A stretch of DNA of 62,908 nucleotides, filler included, from Bigelowiella natans CCMP2755 (Eukaryota > Protista > Cercozoa): assembly GCA_000320545.1 (NCBI GenBank). It is 8 parts of 8 records of this genome, joined end to end, with 100 filler letters (N's around TTAATTAATTAA, not from the genome) between each part and the next. Parts side by side here need not be neighbours in the genome. Positions count along the whole stretch, not along the records: positions 44,503 to 51,105 come from ADNK01003531.1; positions 51,206 to 56,142 come from ADNK01003627.1; positions 56,243 to 60,464 come from ADNK01002285.1; positions 60,565 to 62,908 come from ADNK01000675.1; 4 more parts are not named here. The stretch is one strand, 5' to 3'. Below, one piece after another: positions 50,854-62,908 of this stretch. Every line of letters begins with the position of its first letter. Position 1 is the first letter of the stretch. The notes beneath the pieces were generated by a model. The model did no database searches. It was not told the origin of the DNA and saw nothing but the letters and a program-made list of their open reading frames with translations. The position numbers and the translations under genes are program-made.

Positions 50854-51105
50854 TTATCCTCTCTGGGGAATTGAACGGTATGCAGCTCCGTGACGCGCTG
50901 AGCGGACTAGAAAAGAGCTTCTCGCAACTCCGTCAGCAACAAAGAGAGCGCGTTCGCAAAGGTGCACTATTATACACACACACACACACACAAATATATA
51001 TATATATATATACTATACACTATATTCCTACTAATGGTGAATGATGCTTCTAGCTGTGTACAATTTACTGCATTAAATGCCTCAGGTCGCCATTAAAACA
51101 CTAAC
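47874..51105 (+). CDS. Hypothetical multi-exon protein with disordered N-terminus and coiled-coil segments
   Basis: AG/GT-bounded blocks: 48060-48596 (P/E/D-rich), ALEKKAAKISASYEDLLR, WERDEVLAARSKLETLRTDTAE, MESEMEVQRRREEMQEQ, ARKEEIIALKTKLETE, LRDALSGLEKSFSQLRQQQRERVRK. Confidence 0.45.
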
Positions 51106-52439
51106 NNNNNNNNNNNNNNNNNNNNNNNNNNNNNNNNNNNNNNNNNNNNTTAATTAATTAANNNNNNNNNNNNNNNNNNNNNNNNNNNNNNNNNNNNNNN
51201 NNNNNCCCAGAGAATGACAAGTTTTGGCCAAGAGCCGGTCAACAACTTCGCTAGAGTTGTTGCTAGTTCGCGTTCGTGTTCGCTGCACATTTTTCGACAT
51301 CGCGTTAGATCGCCCCCGTGATGAGTGTGTCAATCAAAAATTGAAGCCACACACACACAATTTCATTTTTGACAGCTCAATCACACGCATTATCTCGCGC
51401 ATTTTGTTGCTGCTGTCCAGCTGTGTTGATGGCATCAAGGAACAAGTACATGCGAGGAAGAGATCTCAGGCCCAGCCAACTCAGCCAAATGAATCTTGAA
51501 TGAAAAAAGTCAGACATTAATTTGTTGCTGGCACTTTTCCCTCTTGGTTGACTTGGAATGTCATGCGAACACAAATGCTTGCATTTCATGTTTGGCCCAG
51601 CTAGCCAGTTGTCAGTTGGGGCTGCAAGTGCGGGCGCGCTGCGCTAGCGCTAGCACTGGGTGCGTGAAATTGTCTGCGCGCATGGGACACACGCTCCCGT
51701 TTCCGTTCGCTGCGCCACTCACATGGCTACACGCACGTGCATCTAGCGCCACACTGCACGCACGTCATGCGCAGCGCGCAAGCTCAAAATACACGATGAA
51801 CAACTTGGTCATTGTGCATGCAGCAGCTTGATCACATCATCGTGACTCCATGCAGCACTGTGGCTAGCTAGTGCATGGCACATGCTGCACCACCTCGCTG
51901 CCGGGCTGTCCCGCAGCATGGCAGCCATCATGCAGCGCGTCGCCGCCACCATGCTACAGCTACATTGGGATGTGTCTACACCTACCTAATGCAAAAATGT
52001 TGCAATGTTTTCATTGCACATCCATCATCATCATCTCATCTAGTCACTCTAGTCATGCGCACAACTTCCGTACACTGAATGAATGTGAGCTCATGATGTT
52101 ATAAACACATGTGTGTGTACATGAAGATGAGCTCATACGACAACATCCATGAATGCACATGTTTCACTAGCTAGCTAGCTAGCTGTTCATTGTCCACCAT
52201 CGTGTGCATTTGCAGCACTGGCAGTACCGAAGGTCTCTAGGTGTCTGGCTATATCGCAGCGAAGAATTGCTTCGTATGTTATATTGTTTGAACACAGTGC
52301 GTGTGCGATACCACACTAATAATCATTCGGAGGCTCAAACAAAGCGAAAAGGGTCCACGTCTTGCACGCACACACATAGTAGAACATGCCTGACGGACGC
52401 AAGAGTTACGATACTGAGATAGTGATTTTTGTGTAGTTC

Positions 52440-53620
52440 TTCCGCTTCAGCCAAAGCTATGAAATATCCATTGCATCTAACCAAACATTATGTTGTGCCA
52501 CAGTTTTCAGCGCTCTCTTGGAGATCCGTTCCCCTGTGCTCGTTTTTTGGCTTGATATGCCTTGAATTTGCGAACTTTCCTTCTCTCCTTTAAGAAATTC
52601 AGAAGTTTGCTCATTGATAAATGATATTGACCATTAAAACAGAGAATGAAATATGTTTATTGTGCTTCAAGGTTTTGAGTAAACAATTAAATGTAATGCT
52701 AACGTCTTGAGGTTGGCGGAGAAGCGGTTTTACCTGTCCATCCTTTCTCGTTCGCTTTCTAGACTTTTGATACGACTCTCTATGCTGTCTCTGCCTCTTC
52801 TTTAACGTGTCTAGTTGTAACTGCGTCAAATATAAAAATTCAATATACTTCGTGCCGCAACAAAATATTGTGTAACCTGTAGAAGGAGTTTTTTCTTCTT
52901 GCTTATCTTGTCGTCTCCCAGCTTTTGCGTTAGGTCCCAAGCTTTTCGAAACCTTTCCGACTTTCGAAGAAATGTATAGGTATGATTTTATAACCAATAG
53001 AAACAATATGCTTTCAAGACATACCTTATCTGCTCTACAGACTGGCCCTCCAAAGCCCCTCCCACCGCTGCGCCTACGGACAGTCATATCAAAATTTTTG
53101 TATCTAGGACAAATAAACACAACGATTCCACACTTCTTTTCGCTTCCCTTCAGCCTTTTTCCACCTCTTAGTCTCCAAATATTGCTGAAAAGATAGGAGA
53201 GACGAATTCTGTGTTTCAGTTGCGTGCGAGCGCTGGTTCTTCATAATGTTATGGATGTAACTGTTGAAATTACAGAACTGTGAAGTTATCCGCATATGCT
53301 TGCACAATTTGGAAGCTGAGCATGAATACGACACCCAGAATTGCACGCTGCATTCAGGATTTTTGACTTATGCTGGAAAGTCTCTTTCAGGTCGGCACGA
53401 AGCTTCCCTTCGCACTAGGGCATTCGGATCAAAGACGGCGTTGTGTTGAAAATGTGTCGATATCCTCTCCGTTCGTCGAAGCCTACGGCAGAAGCCTGCG
53501 CCCTGCTAACATTGAAATCGGGAATTTTAGCCGAATCCACAGGTGTGGGGTAGGGGCAGCGACGAGCGAGCACGGGGAGCTCAAGGGCCTGTGTGTGCAC
53601 AGGTGTAATCTGAGTAGTCT
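52440..53620 (-). CDS. Hypothetical basic (K/R-rich) multi-exon protein
   Basis: Exon-like blocks FQQYLETKRWKKAEGKRKE, YKNFDMTVRRRSGGRGFGGPVCRADK and LQLDTLKKRQRQHRESYQKSRKRTRKDGQ are separated by AT-rich GT-AG segments. No family recognised. Confidence 0.35.
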
Positions 53621-54149
53621 GTTGCTTGTGCTAACGCCGAGTATCTCATACTAAAGATGCGACCAAAATCTCTTGTCTCTCCTAAGTATTGCATTTGTTT
53701 TTTAAACCTGCGACAACTCGAATTTGGGTTGCGTAGCCCGAAGTGGATTTTTCGCACTTCGTACCGACTTCTCGAGCCCGGCACCAAATCAGATTTGTGC
53801 CCGAGGTTTTACTACTACGGTCATGTATAATGCTAGTCGCACACTGTAAATCACATAAGAGAATAAATTAATATTTTTTCGGCAGATTTTATCTGCAAGC
53901 ACCTCGAAACCCAACTTAGGCTCCCAACCCCCCCCTTTCTTTGCGTGCAAGCAACTCAGAGGTCTTATATGATGAATGGCGGATAGATTCAGCTTATATT
54001 TCCAAATAATCCTATTTTAAAAGTTACATAAATTGTATGCAAATGCGTGAGGTGGCATTGTTCCAATCTTACACAATACGATACGGTGTTCTCTCGTGAA
54101 TCGCTCACACGTTCGATTGCTATAACGACGCCACTTTATTCAGGAAATC

Positions 54150-56096
54150 ATGAGTGATAGGTTCGAAGCTTTGATGGTGGACCAAATTAATGTGAAGGAT
54201 AAACGCGTATTTGTCAGGTGAAAAGGAAATATAAGATATTCTCTTGAATTCATGTATACTGGACAAAACGTGTGTTGAGTGTCAAAAAACAGCTTGTACA
54301 GCTGCAATGATGAATAACCTGTTGCATATGCTAAAATTATACTAGTATTTATTATTGAATTCTATGACTTGCTTATTCTTTGTGCTCGTTCGCATTTGAC
54401 TGCGTGTCTGTGGCGTATGGTATTAGAGTCGATTTCAATGTGCCCCTTGATAAGAAAGGAAACATACGAGGTTGTAAGTTGTAAGTAGGAAAGGATAACG
54501 TGATATCGAAAACAAGTCGTTATAACATAGCAACATTTTTGCCAGATAATGCCCGCATCGCCAAGGCCTCGCCAACCATCAGACACATTCTGAAGAAAGG
54601 TAGATCTATGTGACATTAGTACTATTAGAATGGTGCTAGGCAGCACACTAATAAAGCAATGGCCGATAGAATCTACGTATGGGAAAATCACTCTTCTTTA
54701 TGCTACAGTGCTAAGCTGGTGCTTCTTTCTCATTTTCCTCTCTATCGGACTTACTTTTTGAAGGCGCCAAAAGCGTGGTCCTTGCCAGTCATCTTGGGCG
54801 TCCTAACGGGCAGCGTAATGCCAAATTCTCCCTCAAACAGATCCTTTCTGAGGTACTTTAATCAAAGCAGAGGTAGAGGGGGTTACTGATGGTGTTGGAT
54901 ACAGCAACCGAGCACTTTTTCCTCCTGCTTCTTTCCCCCCCAGGTCGAGAAGAGCATTGGGACAAAAGTAACCTTTCTGAACGATTGCGTAGGACCTGAG
55001 GTAGTCACGTGTGCTTCTTGTTCTTGTGTTTCTTCTCCTTATGTCGTTGCGGTATTGGTGATGATGCGAATAGAGGTCCTCTTTCTTTGATAATGACACG
55101 TTGTTCAAATGCAGGTGGAGGAGGCTTGTCGAGATCCGAAGCCAGGAACCGTATTCCTTCTTGAAAACCTCCGCTTTCACGTGGCTGAACAGGTTTTTCA
55201 CCGTGCAAAGATGACGATTGTGCGGCACTGTGGCAATGGCAGCGATGAAGATGCATCGCCCGTCTTGTTCCGATGGCTTGTTTTCCTGGTTTTCGTATCT
55301 TCATATTCTGTATTTGTGTTTAATTAAAAAAAAATGCTGAATATATGTGTCTTCTGTGTGCCTTCGTGCATACGTGTATTGTTGGTCAATGCGGACGTGA
55401 AGGGGAAGGGCAAAAACAAACAAGGCAAGAAGATAAAAGCGACGAAGGCGGAGAAGAAGGATTTTAGAGCATCGCTAACGAAGCTAGCGTACGGCTCACT
55501 AATGTTCTTCAAGTTGATTTATCTCATAGATTAAACAAATAGCAATGTTTGGCATTTCTGAAAGGCTAACAACTTATGCAGAGAAACTTGTAACGACACA
55601 GATCAAAAGTCGATATGAAGATGGTTTATTCGCATTCCCATAGAAAAAAAGTTAACCCCCTTCACCCCCCCTGCCTCTCTCCTTCCTTTCTTCCGTCCCT
55701 CCTTTCAGCGACATATACGTGAACGATGCCTTTGGAACTTGCCACCGAGCACATAGCTCCATGGTTGGGATCGGCCTCCCTATAAAAGCTGCAGGTGACA
55801 ACGAGCAGTGAGGCTAGTAGCGATGCTTGTTCTCTATCATAATTCATTGGTAGTGTGGATGATGCTGCTTTTGGGCTCGACAGTAGGATTTCACAAATCA
55901 TTGGTAGTGTGGATGCTGCTTTTGGGCTCGACAGTAGGATTTCACAAATGCATTCTGCGAACGTATCATCAGCGATTTGGAGCCGCTAGTAATATACCCC
56001 ACCCCCGTGCCGATGGTAGGCTTTTTGATCAAGAAAGAGCTGAGGGCTTTCGGGAGTGTGTTGGATAGGCCGAGAAGGCCGTTTGTTGCTGTGCTG
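54150..56096 (+). CDS. PGK: Phosphoglycerate kinase (cytosolic eukaryotic type), 5' half, truncated at gap
   Basis: Exons give [20 protein letters not shown]...[65 protein letters not shown] and FLIKKEL...PRRPFVAVL. Confidence 0.96.
55845..55949. repeat. Tandem duplication (54 bp + 51 bp) in a PGK intron
   Basis: Two copies of CATTGGTAGTGTGGATG(ATG)CTGCTTTTGGGCTCGACAGTAGGATTTCACAAAT, differing by one 3-bp indel. Confidence 0.92.
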
Positions 56097-56789
56097 GTGA
56101 TGAGATAAAGATTGTGAGCACTCCGCTGTTTGAGTAGTCTATNNNNNNNNNNNNNNNNNNNNNNNNNNNNNNNNNNNNNNNNNNNNTTAATTAATTAANN
56201 NNNNNNNNNNNNNNNNNNNNNNNNNNNNNNNNNNNNNNNNNNAATAGCTGGGGGTAGGGGAGTTAGCATCCTGTTCATTTTACAAAAGCCTTCATTATTG
56301 CCCTCAACGTCTCGTAGCCCCACCGACCTGTAGTGTGTATTTTCTCTAGCTGCCGATCCGGGTCCTGCCTGTCTCGTAAAAGGTCCATGGCCTGCTTTAT
56401 TATAGCTAGCCATTAGAGCTTGTCGTCTTCGGTGGGGTTAGGGGTAAAGTCGCAGAGTATACTCCTAGCGTTCTTCCACCACCTCCTTGCCTCACCTCTT
56501 TTACCGTGGTATTTCAAATGGTACCTTGGTGCTGTTTTAACAGACATGAACTGGCTTTTCCGATGTACCGGCTGTTTTTTTTTGAAGGCAATGTGGTTCG
56601 TCCCCCGGGTGGGGCCCAGAGCCCCGTTTGGGGGTGGAGGGGGGGGGGGGGGGGGTTCAGCAGTCGAAAAGAATGAACGGTGTGCGACGGTAAGAGAAGG
56701 GGATAAGAACACGGGTGGGGAATCTGTTGTGCGAGAGTTTTGACTATTCTGTGCTGTGTGTGAAAAGCCGCTGCGTTATTTCGCGTCTG

Positions 56790-58356
56790 CCTCGACTTAC
56801 CATCCCTCCTGCATGTAAAGAATCTTAGAGTTGTCCTTCAAAGAGAGGAAGCCGTGTGCACACCTGCCGCCGGTAGTACAAGTCGCAGTACCGTTAGTGG
56901 TAGTAGGGAAGGGGGCTCTTAGATCGATCTCAGCGAGCCAGAGAGCAAATCTACTCGCGGAATGCTACGAGCAGCAGCAGCAGCAGCAGCAGCATGTGTT
57001 GTTGCTCTCTACCTTGGGGGAATGTACATCTGGATCTTGTTCTCTTCGGAGAGCACTCGCCCCGTCCATTTGAGGAATGTAGGGGAGTCGGGGCGCAGGT
57101 CCACGAAGCAGTCCCATATTGCACCTTAACACAGAAACGAACGAGTTATAGCGGATGTCTTCTCGGAGAAGGCTGGAAGTAAGCGAAGACGTGAATTAGA
57201 TAAAGCTGTGATTCTTTGTCTTGATTGACCTTCGAGGCATGTGACGAATTTGCCGTAGAAAGAGCAATGAAGGCCTAGCATCCGACATCGGAAAGGAAGA
57301 GGAGGAAGAAGAAGTAGGTGTGGTGAGAGGAAGGATGGGAGAAAACACGCAACATAGAACCGCACGGTATCAACCGTGCGTATGCTAAACCATCAATAGA
57401 ATATACTATGACGGCCTTGTTTTATTTGTAGTAGTAGTTCTTGCTAAAGCCGCCCTCTTGCTACCCTGGTTACATCCCCCTTACCTCTCCCCGCCACATG
57501 CACGCCCTACTCTTCTCTTCGTTACCTCTCAGCACGTCCTTTTGGGAGCGGGAAATTGAGAATTGCTTGAACTTGTGACCAGGGTAGCTGAGAGAATAAT
57601 ATATATCAATATAATTGCTGTTGTTGTTTACCCCTCCCCGCATGTATTTTTACACTGCTGTCATTTGTTAACCCCGTTCGAGGGCGCGCAACACGCACAT
57701 CAGCTACTCTTTGGGACTATATATTTTCGATATTTTCTTTGAAAGAAGAAGTGTCGCTCCCGTCGCCTCGCTAATTGTGCATGGTGTGCATACGTTTGGA
57801 TGTTGTAGAGCTCCTGGAAGTAGCCTCGCCAGTCCCCATATCTGTCGAAGGGAATGATAATACAGAGGCATGTTAGTGCAGGCAGAGTGTGAGTGCGCGA
57901 TGAAAATTTATTGTCTCGACGGTTCAACAACAATGGCCCCTGGATTCGTTTTAACAATGCTATTTCTCCAAGAAATTGAAATCCATCATAACGTATGTGA
58001 CGGACCGAGGAGGGTTGAGGATGTAGCCATCACGCACTGGCAACAGTGTCTTCTCCAATTGAGGCTTGCCCTTTGGCTTCTCCTGTTAGATGGTAGAAAG
58101 CGTAATTTATTGTCACCGATAAAAATACGGGCAGTAGAAAGGGGAAAGTTGATTTTGGGACTGCTGCTAACGACACGAGAGGCGCAGGTACAATCGTACA
58201 ATCCCGCACATAGCTGCGATTTGCCGGTTACTATAGATCCACGAGGAGCTTGCGTCGTTAAAACAAACAAGGGAGTCTACACCAACTTTATCCGCCTCTA
58301 TTTCCGATATTATTTGCATTCATCCCCACCTTAACTTCGTCCTTCTTCTCTGACAT
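56790..58356 (-). CDS. rmlC: dTDP-4-dehydrorhamnose 3,5-epimerase (RmlC-like cupin), multi-exon; may continue towards the gap at 56242
   Basis: Spliced exons MSEKKDEVK / ...VRDGYILNPPR / YGDWRGYFQELYN / FKQFSISRSQKDVLR / GLHCSFYGKFVTCLE / GAIWDCFVDLRPDSPTFLKW..LSEENKIQMYIPPR / CAHGFLSLKDNSKILYMQEG contain the RmlC motifs GDxRGxF, LRGLH, VDLRxxSPTF and AHGF. One 1-nt frameshift near 57070. Confidence 0.88.
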
Positions 58357-59676
58357 TCTCTGGGTTTGTGGGGTGAGATCAGCGTCGCGGAATGCTCGAA
58401 TCAGGCGATTCTTGGTACTAAAAGAAAGAATCCCGTAGATTTTAAGATAAAATATCATTTTTATATTGTCGCATTTAATAATTGGTCTCATACATGCGAC
58501 GTCTGTCGCTTGCGCTGGCACGAGCCACGTTTAAATCTCGCCCCCGACTTTTTTATTCGATGGAGAAAACTTAATTTAGCGCTGATATATTATGCGCTTC
58601 CATTTTGATAATAAGCTAAGCAGTTCGTTGTCGTTATTAAGCGTTAGCCATTCCTTTGACGTCCAGTCCGAACTTTTTCTACGACAACATTGCATACGCG
58701 TGTACTGAAAAACCAATGTTGCTTGTATTACTTAGGACGATTTACGTTGTCGCATATAATGATATGAGGACGTTCTCTAAGAGGCTGGCCATATCTATCA
58801 TCGTTCTGAAATTTATTCGGATCTGAAAAGAAGCATTCGCCTTTCTACGATTACCTTAAAACGATGATAAATAATTATGTTTTTAGTATTTTGTGATGTC
58901 GTTTAATTAAAATCGTGGATTTTAACTTACAGTCTGCTCCTGAGTGAATCTTAACGGTTCGGATCGTGGAGATCGATCATTGGCTGTAACCCTGCACCTT
59001 CCAGCCTAGGGTAGGATAGGGGTAGGGGGGGGGGAGGATTTAACTATCCTTTCTTTTCTGTAAAACAAGGAGGATCACTAAATAGTATCTTCAGGAGGTT
59101 TTGACAAGTGCCATTCTAAATCTCCATCCTCCAGGAGCATTGAATGAAAATTTTGTGCTAAAAACGACGATGAATTGTTGTTTTTGAATATGTCAATTAC
59201 CATATCAAATGGTATATCTCTGTGGTTTACCTCTTACACACAGATGCGATGGGTGTTTCTTAGCTACCATAGATAGTTGTATCATGAGGGGAAAAGCATT
59301 GAAGGCATTCTTGTAGGGTATACGCTCCTAACTGCACACTACTATATCCCTAGGAGTCAGTTGTTTCGAAAAAGAAGAAAACTATTAGAAGCGAGTCACA
59401 GAGGGCAAATAAGGCTTGCACCTCCTACGCGGCTGGTCTTTCTTCATCAAGATGGCACTAATCGGGGACTATTTTTACAAAGAATCTGCTTCGGTAGTCA
59501 GCAACCAACACACAGAAAATGGAGGCACAGCACGCCGTCCCCTCAATCAACGGCTGCAAAAATACCCTTTCCTTTTCTACCTTAGTGATCGATCTTACTT
59601 GCTCTATTGTTATCTTGCAGTCCCCTTCTCCTTTTCTACCTTAAGTGATGTTATTTACTTTATCGGTATCTTGCAG

Positions 59677-60117
59677 TTCCCTTACCTATGGCAGAAAAGG
59701 TTCTTCCAGCTATTCGAGGAAGATACGGGTTAATATTGTACCTTGAATAATAGACAGGAGATACACACATGCACACACATGCACACACATGCACACACAT
59801 GCACACACAAATCATGACCATGAAACGTATTCAAAACCATGCTTGCAACACATTCGTTTTGTATCAGCGGCGCATCTTAAGAGAGAGCATATCAAGGATT
59901 TTGTGGATGCAATACATTCAGCTGATTATCGTGATTCATAGGAAATTATATCCTCTATCGAGCGAGAGAGAGTGACGGGAAGCCGAAGGGCCGTATTCCA
60001 ATTGCGAGAATTCTAGATGTCATACCATACACAACCAAATCTACAGAGCAAAGGTAGTCAATAGTAGTAGTAGGTGAAAATGATGAGAGCAACAACTAAA
60101 GTTTCATAGATGAATCG

Positions 60118-60156
<39 letters not shown>

Positions 60157-60376
60157 GCATCTAACATGAAACCAAGGTTTGAGTACTCCCTCTCGATTGA
60201 ACGCTGCGTCTCGCCAGTGTTCTCATATCATCACTCTCCAGCACTAGTGTGATCTGTCTTTTTGCCCTCTTCCTCCTAGGTTTAAGATCATCATTCCGAA
60301 TCGTACGTATTACCTAAAAGCCATGAGTGTGGACATGCGTATGCGGTGGGAGAAGGCGATAAAGGCATCTATAAAG
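59677..60376 (+). CDS. PH-domain protein (partial; start probably upstream, end towards gap)
   Basis: FPYLWQKRFFQL, DGKPKGRIPIARILDV and FKIIIPNRTYYLKAMSVDMRMRWEKAIK show the PH beta-2 WxKRxFxL, the PKGxIxL motif and the terminal helix Trp. Confidence 0.8.
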
Positions 60377-60574
60377 GTCCTTGGAGAGGAGTTGCAATGA
60401 GAGTGAGAGGAGGCGCTGTTTTTTGCGTGTACACACACATATACACACACAGAGAGAAAGAGGGNNNNNNNNNNNNNNNNNNNNNNNNNNNNNNNNNNNN
60501 NNNNNNNNTTAATTAATTAANNNNNNNNNNNNNNNNNNNNNNNNNNNNNNNNNNNNNNNNNNNNCCCCCCCCCT

Positions 60575-60615
<41 letters not shown>

Positions 60616-60621
60616 GCGCAG

Positions 60622-60851
60622 GGGCAAGCTGATGATGCTTCCCACGGACATGGCAATTATCGAGGACCCGATCTTCAACGCCGTACGCGGAGATGTACTA
60701 CAAAGACGAGGAATTGTTCTTCAACGACTTTGCCAAGGTGGTAGTGTGGAAACCGGCTACATCCTTTGTCTTGTGTCGAAAAAATATAGGAGTAAATTCA
60801 ATTTTCCATCAGGTATGGTACAAGCTGCAACACGTGGGTTTCACGCTTTAG
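60622..60851 (+). CDS. Class I heme peroxidase (ascorbate/cytochrome c peroxidase), last two exons
   Basis: KLMMLPTDMAIIEDPIF-(1-nt shift)-PYAEMYYKDEELFFNDFAK / VWYKLQHVGFTL-stop matches the APX/CcP C-terminus LMMLPTDxAL...DxxxFFxDFAxAxxKL. Confidence 0.85.
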
Positions 60852-61248
60852 ATTTATTAGCCTTCCGTAATCACGCCGCATATGCCCAGTGCAATGATGA
60901 CTGCGAATTGAAGAGCTTGGTTTTGATTAAAAGAGGCGCACAATTTCGGTATCCGCACCAAGAACCTCTCTATGCGCGTTCGCGAGATCTGTAATTCGCA
61001 TGTTGCATGCTGCTGCTTTGCATAGCTACATTAGGATGACCAATGAAAAAATCTGATTTATGTTCATTGCATCCGTCTCATAATTCGCATCTCATAGCTG
61101 ACCGTGACGTACCAACACAGTATAGTGCTCGCGCAGTGGCGCGTTGTTTGTCGGCAGTACACATCATCTAGTACATCTATATAGACATGCGACATGCGCC
61201 CCGTGCATGCAATTAACGACATGTGCGTGCGATTATATGCGCGACACT

Positions 61249-61285
<37 letters not shown>

Positions 61286-61469
61286 CACACATAGCTTTGG
61301 ATAGTGTTTGTTCGTACCATAGCTAGCTAGCGTACGCAATTGTTCATGATTGAAGACATCTAGACATGGATTCATGCTTTATGTGTACGTACATCTAGCA
61401 TGCTAGCACAATAAACTTGTGTCTGCAGAGCCTGCAATGCTAGAATGCATGGTCAACGCTAGAACGTCG

Positions 61470-62908
61470 CGCTACGTTGTTACCGTTGTGTCATCTGCTG
61501 TTATCGGCGGCGGTGATGTGCGATGACGACGAAGCTTCCTCCGAGACTTCGACTGATCTTCCGGACGATGACAATGCCAGACCCAGAGATCGGTTGTGTT
61601 CTTAGGCACGGCTGCCTTCACCAAAGCTTGTGGATGCATCTTGCGGAAATACGCGTGACCTGCATCACAAGCAACAACAAAGAATGTCGGCTGACACCAT
61701 CGGTCTCTCAGTGACGCTAGGGGAACACGCGCGTGTCCTCGTTACCATTCCACGTGACGAATCCTCCGTAATTTCCCTCGATGCATTTCACCTATCACCA
61801 GATATGATAGAAGAAAATCTCACCGACTCAGCCCTCGTAAGTACGTTCTTATCGCTCTCTGAATACGATTCTAAAAAGCCTTCAAAGCACAGCTAGGGGG
61901 CCATTCGTGTACTACTGTGTTGGCACGGTACCTGGCAGTGATACAGGCTTTCAAAGTTGAGCAGAGAGTCGGCATCCTGGCCTTCGCAAGACTGATAGGT
62001 TTATTGGGAAAATACATTTCGATGAGGAAAGACCGCCCTCGGGCGGCGAAGACCATGCGCCTCACTCGTGAACAGGGGCAACAACATACGCTAATCTTGC
62101 ACGCGGTTGAAATAGGATCGTTCCCCTTTTTCCCTTAATAATCCCCCCCCCCCCCATCCCCCCCCCCCCCCCCCCCATTTCATTTGGATGCGAGGGACAG
62201 ATGGCTTCGATGGATTACAGACTTCGCTCATGGGTATCAGCTCGAACTCGCTTTGATTCACTACCAGAGGCACCTAAATTTACAACGTGGCCCTGTTCAG
62301 CTGCAGATTTGTTGTACGCGTGGCGTGCTAAGTACTGAGATACGCGATCAAGGCGATCTATGGTACGCCTGCATGCTACTCGTGGCATTTCGGGTGTGGC
62401 GCATAGGTCAGATGGCGTGTTTTGGTGGAACATGACTGGCCTGCATCCTGCAGCCAGAAAGGCTCAAAACGCCTATGGGGAAAAATGCACCGCTATATCT
62501 ATCCATTACATTAATGTACAGCGTGTGCTCTGCGCTTCTCACACGCGAACGCCGAAGGTCATCCCAGCCCTGAAGCAAGATCGGGTCGAAAACGGTTAAT
62601 GCGTGTGCCAGTTCAGCAATAGTAAGATGTACCCCCTGGCAACAATCAACTTACAGCAAAGGCGAGGGAGGAAGAGGGAAATAGAGGCGGAGACGGAGAG
62701 GAAAGGAAGGGGGGGGGGGGGAGGGGGAAGAAAAGATAGAGAGAGAGAGAGAAGAAGGAAGAGGAGACCACTGGAGAAACGACTTAATAGTTGTCCTTGT
62801 GGGGACCATCAGGTCAGATAGCGCGCGCACCTTTGTGCTACTACGTGAAGTAGCAGTTTCCCCGGCAGAGGACGAAAGCCGCTGTACCCCTTTTGGCGAC
62901 ACATCTGA
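61470..62908 (-). CDS. 3' part of an unidentified multi-exon gene running off the window end
   Basis: The terminal exons splice in phase: YQSCEGQDADSLLNFESLYHCQ / VKCIEGNYGGFVTWN / GHAYFRKMHPQALVKAAVPKNTTDLWVW. Further exon-like blocks lie upstream. Confidence 0.45.

Larger units (their letters stand above)
56..62760. repeat. Dense microsatellites, mostly intronic: (TA)n, (GA)n, (CA)n, (GAT)n, (TAG)n, (CTT)n, poly-G/C
   Basis: Examples include (TA)n 19741-19802, (GA)n 672-715 and (CTT)n 2240-2280. Introns of most genes carry such tracts. Confidence 0.95.

Noticed and set aside
57060-57080. Frameshifts inside conserved genes (rmlC here, peroxidase about 60678, DOCK about 44310) as programmed frameshifting or pseudogenes
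   Set aside because: They are single-base indels, several at short runs, in otherwise intact genes across the window, which fits sequencing error better.
59677-60851. Apparent PH domain-heme peroxidase fusion
   Set aside because: The 60465-60564 gap lies between them, and two separate truncated genes is the simpler reading.
1-62908. rRNA, tRNA, CRISPR arrays, transposase or reverse transcriptase ORFs
   Set aside because: None were recognised by eye. A tRNAscan-SE/Infernal/RepeatModeler run would be needed to exclude them formally.

Overview
This is intron-rich nuclear DNA of a microbial eukaryote; the exact lineage cannot be fixed from the sequence alone. It is a microsatellite-laden draft scaffold broken by seven 100-nt N44-TTAATTAATTAA-N44 spacers, and it contains many apparent homopolymer indel errors. 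Recognisable spliced genes are PRPP synthetase, an AzgA-type purine permease (5' part), uroporphyrinogen decarboxylase (3' part), an HMG-box protein, a stand-alone HPt phosphotransfer protein, a bacterial-type aspartyl-tRNA synthetase, a DOCK GEF, a Dbl/DH RhoGEF, PGK (5' part), an RmlC-like sugar epimerase, a PH-domain protein and a class I heme peroxidase (3' part), plus several hypothetical genes. The standout is one uninterrupted 722-codon ORF (33299-35467) that fuses a PUFA elongase to a cytochrome b5/front-end desaturase. By motif resemblance it is a delta-5(C20)-elongase plus a haptophyte-type delta-4-desaturase, i.e. a candidate one-polypeptide EPA-to-DHA synthase. Exon boundaries were read by eye and family assignments come from recalled motifs, not database searches.
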